A stretch of 64,000 bases of DNA from Mobula hypostoma. Its lineage: Eukaryota. The stretch lies in NCBI RefSeq assembly GCF_963921235.1, contig NC_086106.1:23126001-23190000 (forward strand), read 5' to 3'. The notes under the pieces were generated by a model. The model made no database searches. It was not told where the DNA came from and saw only the letters and a program-made list of their open reading frames with translations. A program made the translations under genes and the position numbers. Below are positions 1 through 9,662 of this stretch, piece after piece (positions within the stretch are counted from its first letter, which is position 1; every line of letters starts with the position of its first letter).

Positions 1-1808
1 AACTGGTGTTGTAGCTTGATCAGTCATATGGGGAAATGATAAGGTGATCGGCAGGAGGTACAGAGAGATAATAATACCTTGGCTCCAGGTGTCATGTTAA
101 CTGGTAACTCTCAGAGGAAGGTGGGAAAATTCACAACCAGTCCCAAGTTCACACTCCATATGGCTGTTCCCCTCCATAATAACTTTCATGGCGAAAACGT
201 ACTAGGGGACAGCCATTTTAATAGAACTCTGGCACTGATTCTGGTGCTTGGCTCAGAAGTGCAGCGAAATGAGGAGGACTGCATGGTTTCTACGAGACCG
301 CTGATTGTGAGGAACAATGTGAGTGTGTGTGGACGCCATAGAAATTTTGGGACTATGTTATCTCCGTCGTGCCAGGGTCAGCAATGTCTCGTTTGGGGTC
401 CTTAATTTGCTGAAGGGTAACGGGCTGGATACCTTGTTGCATATTTGCAACAATGAAATAGCTGGACAAGTTGAGCAGGTCCTGAAGAAAGAACTTCAGG
501 GGCTCGGTATAATGCCGAGAAACAGGAAATCTATGGTATTAGTCTTTGGATTGTTGCCCGTACCATATGCCATTGCGGGCGAGAATCGAGTCATTTGACA
601 GGTGAAAGCGTTGCACCGGAAATGGTGAATGGACAGTTGTTTAGATTTCTGTATGATTGGGATTCTTCTTTCAAATGTATGACCTATAGAAATGAGACGG
701 GATGCAGCTGATTCGGAGGGGATCCAACCCCTTGGCAGCATGTTAGCTAGAGGTATGTTGATTCGTTAAACTAACTTAGCAGGGCGGTATGAACCTCAGT
801 CATAGGGCTGGAAATGAGGTAATAAATTTGCAAACGAAGGCAATCTGTCTTCAGACCTCAAACACGTACAGGCCGAAGCTAGGAGCAAACGTACGGTCAA
901 CAGGATATGACACAATGTATCAATGGGAAACATTTCAAAATGACTGAACATGCTGTGTTTGAATGCGCGCAGCAGACAAAATATGCAACTTGCAGCGCAG
1001 ATTGGTATGCACGATGTTGTAGGCTTAATTTCCAAGAATACATATTCATTCAAAAAGTCAGGCAGGAAGGAAAAGGGGTTGGCGTTGTTCCATGAGAGTA
1101 TGCCTGACCGTTAGAGTACATTGTTGTTGACCTCTTAGGGGAACATCCTTTATGAGTTCAATGTTTTGGTTCGATACGGAATTCATTAGATTGTATTCGG
1201 TGAAATAAACATTAGGGGCAAGTGATAGAGTTCACCTCGAATTTTGAGAAGAAGGAGCTAAAGACAGATGTATCATTATTTCAATGGAGCAAAGGGAATT
1301 GGAGAGGCATGAGAGAAGTGTGGGAGGAGTTGGACGGAATTGATTGGAAAATATCATTAGCAAAGATTAGAAAGGATAGAGGGAATGCCGCTCAGAAGGA
1401 AAAATTGCTGCAGAGAAATAATTGAGTACAGGGAAATGGCGGGTGTATGTGAAAAAAAAAATTGCATCAGCTTTCAATGGTCAAGACACTTGTAGTGTTG
1501 CGCAATTTCTGTTTTAGCGGGAATGAAGTGTATGAAGTTACAATTAATCTTAAGATTTTTTTTTGGAAAGTGGAAGTTCTGAAGGGAAATATATAACCTG
1601 GATCAAATGCTTTACGCACCAGACTTCAGAAATTGGTGGCTGAAGGGATTGCAGGGTGATTATTAATGATCTTTGAAGTATTACTACATTCTGCGTTGTT
1701 TCTGGAAGACAGCAACATTGAAGCTGCAATTCCGTTTTGAACAGCGGGAGAGGCAGATCAATGGGAATTGTACGCCTGTTAGTTTGATTTCAGTGTTTAG
1801 GAAGATCA
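1..1808 (+). mobile_element. Degenerate CR1 LINE, 5' part (ORF1 esterase, ORF2 endonuclease to start of RT), interrupted by the LTR array at 1809
   Basis: 323-598 translates to RARVSNVS..LLKGNG..LHICNNEI..GLLPVP (CR1 ORF1 SGNH-esterase-like). GNCTPVSLISVFRKI near 1765-1808 resembles RT-proximal GNYRPVSLTSVVGK. Many stops and frameshifts. Confidence 0.75.
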
Positions 1809-3214
1809 TGTCATAAGGGGGCGGCTGGGTACAGATCCAAATGCAAGGTACAGACACTGACGTACAAGGAACAGGACTAGGTAGTCAAGAAAGCAAGGGA
1901 AGTTGGGAACAAAGGATGCAGGACATGACACAGGCCCTGGACGAGACAAGGATACAGGACCTAGGCTAGGACTTCACTAACATAGCGAAACCAGGACATG
2001 GAACTTGGAACTTGGAGCCTGCGGTAGGACTCCGAGACAAACACTATACAGGGACCCAAAACCTGGATCTTGACAAGGGCTGGGAACTCGGAACTAGGTG
2101 AGGAGATGCCGAGGCTTGGATATGGATTCCGAGCCAGAGAGTGGGTAAGGACCCAGAACCTGGGACTTGACTCGGGCTCGGACTCCAGCAGTAGGCGAGT
2201 ACAAGAGGTGGCTACAGGAAGAGTAGTAGAAACAGGACTGGACGTGAGACCCTTGACAGGACAAGGGAACCCCAGCACTAGGCTGGGCAAAGTATTCCTG
2301 GACTGTGCGAGACAAATGGACAAGACAAGAACAATAAGCCGAGGCTTGGACAGCAGAAGATCACTGGACGTGGCTAGGACTGGACGATACCCGGAATTCT
2401 TGACTTGGTCGAGGCAGAGAGAGGAACACAGATCCTTGTTCAAGGGAGAGACAGGAACGCAGAACCCTGCTCGAGGGAGAGAAAGGAACGCCGAGCCTTG
2501 GTCGAGAGTGACAAAAACAAGGAACACAGCGCCTGGTCCCACCCTTGGAAACAGAACGCAGGGCGGAATTCATTGCAGAGAACGCAGAATGTGACAATAC
2601 GATTCCCAACAGAAGGGAGCGGCAGATGGTAGAACATTCCGAGCGAAGGCGTGTACACAGGGGGTTCACAGCATAGGTAGCGGCAAACGGCCGGACCTAC
2701 CTTGCGAATGCCTGGATATAGACGGTTCCGAACACCAGGTAATGGCAAACAACTGAAACGAACTATCGAAGGCGAGGGCAGAAAGACAGATGAAACACAG
2801 GGTAGCGACAAACGGCCAGACCTGCTTAGTGAAGACATGGTCACAGAGACATTTCCAACCAACGATAGACGGTTCCTTATTTTCCTCCAGTAATGGAACT
2901 TGACAGGGTTACAAGCGTGGCAATGTCTCAGGCGAGGCGAGGCAAGACTTCGGTCGAGGAAAGGTCAGGCAAGGCAAGGTAAGGGAAGGCTTCACATGAG
3001 GCAAAAGAAAGCAGCGGCAGGGAATGTATTCAGATTTTGTTTATAGACAGGAATAATCCAGCAACCAGAGACAGAATCCGAAGCTATTTATCAAGCCAGC
3101 ACAAACGAGAATCTGCTGTCTCATCTGGTACTGGGGAAAACAGGAAAACCTGGAACAAAGAACATGGACCGGACAGTGAACAGGAATGCGGATTTCACGG
3201 ACCTGACCATGACA
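1809..3214 (-). repeat. LTR-A (3'-most LTR of the array, 1406 bp)
   Basis: Termini tgtcata...catgaca. On the minus strand it is preceded by the purine tract AAGCGGGGGATAA (3227-3215). Confidence 0.85.
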
Positions 3215-3371
3215 TTATCCCCCGCTTATGGAAGCCCCCTGGCGACCAAAAGTCTTCCCCAGAATATGGACGACACGGACGGTCGTGGGCATTCAACTGG
3301 AGAGAACCAATGATAGCGTGAGTTAAATGACAGGGTCGGTGCCGCTGGGTCTAAGTCTTGCTGGACGGTTC
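3215..3371 (-). other. Internal region 1: PBS-position motif, decayed gag start, PPT
   Basis: Minus strand begins GAACCGTCCAGCAA directly after LTR-B, then TTAGACCCAGCG (ATGGACCCAGCG/MDPA-like), and ends AAGCGGGGGATAA before LTR-A. Confidence 0.7.
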
Positions 3372-4940
3372 TGGCATATGTGGGCGGCCTGGAGCGGACT
3401 CAAATGCAAGAAACAGATACTCAAATACAAGGAACAGACAAGGTAGTCAAGAAATCAAGGGAAGAGGGGAAGAAAGGATGTTGGACATGGCACAGGCCTT
3501 GGACGATACAAGGATACAGGGCCTGTGTTATGACTTCACTTGGATTGTGGAACCAGGACATGGAACTTGGAATTAGGAGTCTGCGCTGGGCTTCCGAGCC
3601 AGAGACTAGTCGAAGACCCAGAACCTAAGGCTTGACTCGGTTTCGGACCCCGGAACTAGACGAGGAGATGACGAGGCTTGGGTTCTGCGAGGCTTGGGTC
3701 CTTTGAGGGTTGGATATTGGCTCCGAGCAGCAGACTGGACAATGAGCTAAAACCTCGAACTTGAAACGGGCTCGGACTCCAGCAGTAGACGAGGAAAAGA
3801 CCTGGGTACAGGAGGAGGAGTGGCAAAAGTACAGGACGTGAGATTCCTGGACAAGACAAGGTATCCCCAGCACAGGACGAGGGAACCACAGCATCAGGCT
3901 GGGCAGAGTACTCCTGGGCTGGACGAGACACATGGACAAGACAAGAACACAAAGCAGTGGCTTGGACAAAACAAGATTCTTGGATGTGTCGAGGACTGGA
4001 CGACACCCAGAAGTCTTGACTTCATTGAGGGAGAGACAGGAACGCAGTCCCTTGGTCGAGGGAGATACAGGAACACAGCGCCTTGATCGAGGGAGAGACA
4101 GGAACGCAGAGCCCCGGTCCTGGGAGTCAAATGAACGCAGAGCCTCAAGCGAGGGAGAGACAGGGAAGCACAGCCTTTGTAGAACGACAGACAGGGACGC
4201 AGTCCCTAGGTCGAGCGAGAGACAGGAACATGGAACACAGAGCCGGGTCCCCACCTTCGAAACAGGACGTAGTGCTTGGATTCATACATAGTACACCGAC
4301 CCAGGACGGCTCCTTGTGTAGACGACGTAAGGCAGGGACTCATTACACAGAACGTAGAATACCACAAGACGGTTCCCAACACAAGATAGCGGCAGACGGC
4401 CGAACCTACCTTGCAAAGGTGAGTACACAAAGACAGATCATAACACTAGGGTGCGGCAAACAGCCAGACCTACCTAGTGAAGGCGTGGACACAGAGACAG
4501 TTCAAAACAACGACAGGCAGTTCTTTCTATTTTTCCAGCGATGGAACTTGATAGGGGTAAATACGAGGCTTTAGGCGAGGCAGGCGAGTCAAGGCTTCAA
4601 ACGAGGTGAGGCGGGCAAGCCTTCAGAAGAGGCGAGGCGAGTCAAGGCTACAGACGAGGCAAGGTGAGGCGAGGCAACGCTTCAGACGAGGCAAGCGAGT
4701 CAAGGCAAGCCAAGGCTTCAGGCGAAGCAAAAGTAGAGAGGCGAAGGGAAATGATTCATACAGGGGGTGTAGATAGGCACAACCCAGCAACCGGAGGGTG
4801 AATACTGAAGCTATTTCTGAAGCCAGCACAAAAGATAATCAGCTGCCTCAGCAGAAACTGGGAGAGAAAGGAAAACCTGGAATAAGGAACTAGACCGGAC
4901 AGTGAACAGGAATGCGGATTTTACGGAGCTGACCATGACA
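3372..4940 (-). repeat. LTR-B (middle, shared LTR, 1569 bp)
   Basis: Termini tggcata...catgaca. Same module order as LTR-A, with more 31-bp units. Confidence 0.85.
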
Positions 4941-5103
4941 TTACTCCCTATTCTATGGGAGCCTCCTGACGACCAAAAACGCTTCACCAGACCATGGACG
5001 ACAAGAGCGGTGGGGTGGGGGCATTTAACAGGAGAGAAGCCAGGATAGCGAGAGTTAAACGACCGTGTCTGTGTCGCTGGGTCCAAGTCTGACTGGTCTG
5101 TTG
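4941..5103 (-). other. Internal region 2 (homologous to 3215-3371)
   Basis: Minus strand CAACAGACCAGTCAGAC-TTGGACCCAGCG...AGAATAGGGAGTAA (PPT) before LTR-B. Confidence 0.7.
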
Positions 5104-7356
5104 TGTGATAATGAGCTAGCTGTGAGCAGACCCAAATGCAAGACACAGACACTGAAGTACAAGGAACAAACTGGGTAGTCAGGAAAGCAAATGAAGTGGG
5201 GAAGAAAGGAAGCAGGTCATGACAGAGTCCCTGGACGAGACAAGGATACAGGGCCTGGGCAAGGATTTCACAAGGATAGCGGAACTAGGACATGGAATTT
5301 GGAATTAGGAGCCTGAGCTAGGACTCCGAGCCAGAGACTAGAACAGTACTCAGAACCTGTGTCTTGACTCGGGCTCGGACCCCGTAACTAGGCAAGAAGA
5401 TGACAAGGCTTGGGTTCTTCGAGGACTGAGTTCTTTGAGTGTTGGATATAGACTCCGAGACAGAGACTGGACAAGGACCCAGAAACTGGGACTGGATTCG
5501 GGATCGGACTCCAGAAGTAGGCGTGGAAAATACGTGGGTACAGGAAGAGGAGTGGCAACCGGACTGGACTTGAGACTCCTGGACAGGACAAGCGAACCGC
5601 AGCACCGGGTTCTTGGATGTGGCTAGGACTGGACGAGAGCCCGAAGCCTTGACTTCTTCGAGGGAGAGAATGGAACGCACAACCTTGGTCGAAGCTGAGA
5701 CAGGAACGCAGAACCTTGGTCGAGGGAGAGACAGGAACGCAGAGCCTTGGTCGAGGGAGAGACAGGAAGGGAGAACCCTGGTCGAGGGTGGGACAGGAAC
5801 ATGGAACACAGAGCCGGTTCCCCTCCTTGGAAAGAGGACGAGGGCCGGGATTCATTGCATAGAACGCAGAATACGACAAGACGGTTACCAAAAGAAGCCT
5901 GCGGCAGACGGCCAGACATTCCCAGAGAAGGCGTGGAAGCAGACTAGACAAGGACCCAGAACCTGGGTGTTGACTCTGGCTCGGACCACGAAACTAGGAG
6001 AGGAGATATCGAGATTGGGTTGTTGACGCCTGGGTTCTTTGAGGCTTGGATATGTTCTCCGTGCCAGAGACTAAGCAAGGACCCAGAACCTGGGTCTTAA
6101 CTCGGGCTCGGACTTCAGAAGTAGGCGAGAACAAGACGTGGCTACGGGAAGAGTAGCGGCAACAGGACTGGACGTGACACTCCTGGACAGGACAAGGTAT
6201 CCCCAGCACCAGGCTGGGCAAAGTACTCCTGGGCTGGACAAAACACATGGACAAGACAAGAACATAAAGCCGTGGCTTGGACAGTACATGTTCTTGGATG
6301 TGGCTAGGACCGGACGAGTCCCCTAAGCCTTGACATGTTTGACGGAGAAACAGGAATGCAGAGCCGTGGTCAAGGGAGAGACAGGAACGCACAATATTGG
6401 TCGAGGGAGAGAAAGTAACGCAGAGTTTTGGTCGAGGGAGAGACAGGAACGCAGAGCCTTTGTCGAGGGAGAGACAGGAACGCAGAGCCGTTGTCGAGGG
6501 AGAGACAGGAACGCAGAGCTTTGGTCGAGGGAGAGACAGGAACATGGGTCACAGAGCCCGGAACCCTTCTTTGAAAAGAGAACGTAGGTCCGGGACTCAT
6601 ACACAGAACACAGATCCGGCACCCCTCCTTGGGTATAGGAAAGAAGAATGGGGCTCATTAAGCAGAACGCAGAATGCGACAGGACGGTTCCCAACACAAG
6701 GTAGAGGAAGACGGCCGAACCTACCTAGTGAAGGCGATGACACAAAGACAGATCACAACACTAGTTAGCTGCAAACGGCCTGAGCTACCTAGTGAAGGCG
6801 TGGACAACAGAATGTTCAAGAAAACGATAGACAGTTCCTGATCTTGCTCCAGCGATGGAACTTGTCAGGCGAGTCAAGTCCTCAGGCGCACGGAGGAGGC
6901 AGGCGAGGCGAGGCAAGGCTTCAGACGAGGCAAGTTGACGCAAGGCTTCAGACGAGGCAAGGCTAGGCGATGCAAGCATCAGACTGTGCAAGGCGAGGCC
7001 AGGCAAATCTTCACACGAGGCAAAACGAGGCGAGGCAAGGCGTCAGACGAGTTAAGGGGCGAGGCGAGGCAAGGCTTCAGACGAGGCAAAGCGAGGAAAG
7101 GCGAGACAAGGCTTCAGACGAGGCAACAAAATGCAGGCGAAGGGAAAGTTTTCAGACAGTGGGTATGAACTGGAACAATCCAGCAACCAAGGCTGAATCC
7201 TGAATTTATTTATGAAGCCAGCAGAAACGACAATCACATGCCTCAACAGAAACTGGGATAAAACAGAAAACCTGGAATAAGGAACGTGGACCGGACCGTG
7301 AACCGTGATTATTTTATTTTAGTTTTTTTTTTATAATTTGCCTACGGACCATGAGA
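5104..7356 (-). repeat. LTR-C (5'-most LTR, 2253 bp, with internal duplication)
   Basis: Termini tgtgata...catgaga. The block at about 5340-5940 recurs at about 6060-6760. Confidence 0.8.
6345..6545. repeat. 31-bp minisatellite (GAGGGAGAGACAGGAACGCAGAGCCTTGGTC) inside LTR-C
   Basis: Unit starts at 6345, 6376, 6407, 6438, 6469, 6500, 6531 (period 31). Further clusters near 2410-2510, 4026-4230 and 5640-5810. Confidence 0.9.
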
Positions 7357-7361
7357 GATGA

Positions 7362-8190
7362 TGGATTTGATTTATGAGTATGTGGTTTCACTGTACCTGG
7401 AGGCAAATGATAAAAAAAAAACAGTTGTAGGCGTCGATTCGTCATGTGGAAAGCTTGTCAAACAAATCTGTTGCAATTCTATGAAGATATAGTAAGCAGG
7501 ACAGAAAATCAGTTGGTTTGGTATATTTGTATTTTGTAGAACGCTCGGTAGAAGGCGTCACCTGAGGCTGCTCTGCTGCTACGAGTCCATGGTATTACTG
7601 CACAGGTCCTGACATGGTTCAAACAGTGGCTGACTGACAGGACGCAAAGAGTGAAAGTAACGTGAATCTGTTTTTGGTTTACTGCAGGTCACTGGCGGTG
7701 TTACACAGGGGACTGTGTTGGAACTGGTTATTATTATTTTTTTCCTTTAATTGTTAATGACTTAGATTATGGTATTAATGTATTTGCCGTACACGAAGGT
7801 ATGTAGAGGGACAATAAAATTTTTAGAATTTAAGGAGGCTACGGATGGACTTAGCCAGTTTAAAAGAAAGGGCAAAAAAGGAAATATGGAACATAGTGTG
7901 GGGAATCGTAAGGGAAATGAATGTTTTGACAATTTACTAAAGGGAGACAACAGAGGTCAAACAGTCAGCCAAAGGAAGTAGGGAATGCTAGTCCACAATT
8001 CCCTAAAGGTTCATATACAGGTTGAGTCTTTAATGAGGAAGGCAAATGCGATGTTAACATTCATTTCAACAGGTATAGAATATATTAAAAAAACAAGGTT
8101 GTAATGTTGAGACTTTATAAAACACTGCTGAAACATCAATTGGAGTATTATGAGCAGCTTTATACTACGTATCTTAGAAAGGAAAGTATC
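7362..8190 (+). mobile_element. Degenerate CR1 LINE, RT and 3' part (continuation of 1-1808)
   Basis: Decayed KSCQTNLLQFYED and GVTQGTVLELV motifs, followed by a C-terminal LYKTLL..QLEYYEQ-like region. Confidence 0.7.
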
Positions 8191-8261
8191 GGCTGAAATC
8201 TATGGCAATACTGCACAAAGCGCAATAATTCTTAAATCAGAGGTCCTTGTATATATTATAC

Positions 8262-8548
8262 TGTGACGACCCATTTTCTGGCACCCACGAACCGGCACAC
8301 GAAACAGCGCGCGCAGGCAGAGCGCCGACAGCAAAAAGGGCGCCAGGCCATCTTCACCAGCAGGGAGAAAATCCCGCGCGCAGAAAGGGTCTGGGAATAT
8401 GCATTCCCCACAGTAGTCCCGCCCAGGGAGGGCGGGAACGGGAAGGCTTTAAAGCGGGCCGCGAAGTTTGAATAAATCTCTGTCATCGCAACTCTAACTC
8501 ACCGACTCCGTGTGGTTATTCTAGCGCCGTATGTAGCACATCGCTACA
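8262..8548 (+). repeat. 5' LTR of Gypsy
   Basis: tgtgacgac...tcgctaca; contains AATAAA; direct repeat of 12345-12631. Confidence 0.97.
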
Positions 8549-8550
8549 AT

Positions 8551-8562
8551 TGGTGACCCCGA
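8551..8562 (+). promoter_or_regulatory. Primer-binding site complementary to tRNA-Trp
   Basis: TGGTGACCCCGA is the reverse complement of the vertebrate tRNA-Trp(CCA) 3' end ...UCGGGGUCACCA; it lies 2 nt after the LTR. Confidence 0.85.
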
Positions 8563-8588
8563 AGGCCCAAACGATATTTGGACCAGAG

Positions 8589-9662
8589 ATGACCGACGCT
8601 GCATCTGTTCACGCAGTTTCGTTAAAACTGCCAAGCTTCTGGACGCTGCGACACCATTTATGGTTCGAACAAGCAGAAGCACAATTCCACATTCGGCAGA
8701 TAACCTCGGAGTCCACTCGCTACTACTACGTGCTGAGCTCCCTCGACCAGGAGACTGCTGCACAAGTTGAGGAGTTTATACAGTCGCCCCCGGAGGACGG
8801 CAAATACACAGCATTCAAAGCCCTGCTCATAAGGACTTTTGGACTCTCACGGCGCGAACGAGCACGCCGCTTAATGCACCTGGATGGTTTGGGAGACAGG
8901 CCGCCGTCAGCATTAATGAAAGAGATGCTGGCCCTGGCTGAAGGACACAAGCCCTGCCTCATGTTTGAGCAGGCGTTCCTAGAGCAACTGCCCGAGGACA
9001 TATGCCTGCTGTTGTCCGACGCAGATTTCAGCAACCCCCGGGAGGTGGCGGCCCGAGCAGATGTGCTGTGGAATGCCAGGAAAGAGAGAGGAGCAAACAT
9101 CGCACAGATCACCAAGCCGCGTGCCCAACGACAGACCAGACCAGGCCCGGCAGCAGAGCCTACAAAACCCGGCGACGGGAGTGAGGAGCCCAACGAACAA
9201 TGGTGTTCCTACCACCAGCGGTGGGGCACGGAGGCCCGCCGCTGCAGACCGCCCTGCAAATTCCCGGGAAACACCAAGGCCCAGCCGCCGCCGATCGCTA
9301 CGTCGGCTGGCCATCAGGACAGCCTCCTGTACGTCTGGGACAAGCAGTTGGGACGCCGCTTTTTGGTCGACACCGGAGCGGAGATCAGCGTCTTACCTCC
9401 AACGAGTTACGACACCCGCAACAGAGAACCGGGACCCACCCTGAGGGCCGCTAATGGCAGCACAATACGAACCTACGGCACCCGCACGGTGTGGCTACAG
9501 TTCAGCGCCAGCCGGTCCACGTGGGACTTCACACTGGCCGCCGTGGCCCAACCACTGCTGGGGGCAGATTTTCTACGAACCCACAGCCTGCTGGTCGACT
9601 TGCAAGGGAAGCGATTAGTCCACGCCAAGACTTTTCAAACGTTCTCCCTGGGTGAAGCATAG
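8589..9662 (+). CDS. Gypsy gag plus aspartic protease, ending at an in-frame TAG
   Basis: MTDAASVHAVSLKLPSFW..WFEQAEAQF (gag), WCSYHQRWG..ARRCRPPC knuckle-like motif, FLVDTGAEISV protease site. Confidence 0.9.
   Translation: MTDAASVHAVSLKLPSFWTLRHHLWFEQAEAQFHIRQITSESTRYYYVLSSLDQETAAQVEEFIQSPPEDGKYTAFKALLIRTFGLSRRERARRLMHLDGLGDRPPSALMKEMLALAEGHKPCLMFEQAFLEQLPEDICLLLSDADFSNPREVAARADVLWNARKERGANIAQITKPRAQRQTRPGPAAEPTKPGDGSEEPNEQWCSYHQRWGTEARRCRPPCKFPGNTKAQPPPIATSAGHQDSLLYVWDKQLGRRFLVDTGAEISVLPPTSYDTRNREPGPTLRAANGSTIRTYGTRTVWLQFSASRSTWDFTLAAVAQPLLGADFLRTHSLLVDLQGKRLVHAKTFQTFSLGEA

Larger units (their letters stand above)
1809..7356 (-). mobile_element. Tandem array of a non-autonomous miniature LTR retroelement (LTR-int-LTR-int-LTR)
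   Basis: Three homologous units 1809-3214, 3372-4940, 5104-7356 with TGTCAT...ATGACA-like termini, separated by homologous 157 and 163 bp spacers. Flanks GATCA (1804-1808) and GATGA (7357-7361) form a 1-mismatch 5-bp TSD. The CR1 RT resumes right after 7361. Confidence 0.85.

Noticed and set aside
6345-6545. CRISPR-like repeat-spacer array
   Set aside because: Units are contiguous 31-bp tandem repeats without unique spacers; eukaryotic context and no cas genes.
1961-7246. Many 60-210 aa ORFs in the LTR array (also 13532-15973 and 37254-38667)
   Set aside because: They are translations of tandem repeats on both strands, with no domain motifs and no conserved frame between LTR copies.
8247-8486. 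ORFs in the Gypsy LTRs, duplicated at 12132-12569
   Set aside because: The duplication simply reflects the two LTRs; the sequence is GC-rich with no protein motif.
9660-9662. In-frame TAG between gag-protease and RT as programmed readthrough
   Set aside because: Known readthrough sites lie between gag and protease, not after protease. The element has several other lesions, so a nonsense mutation is more likely.
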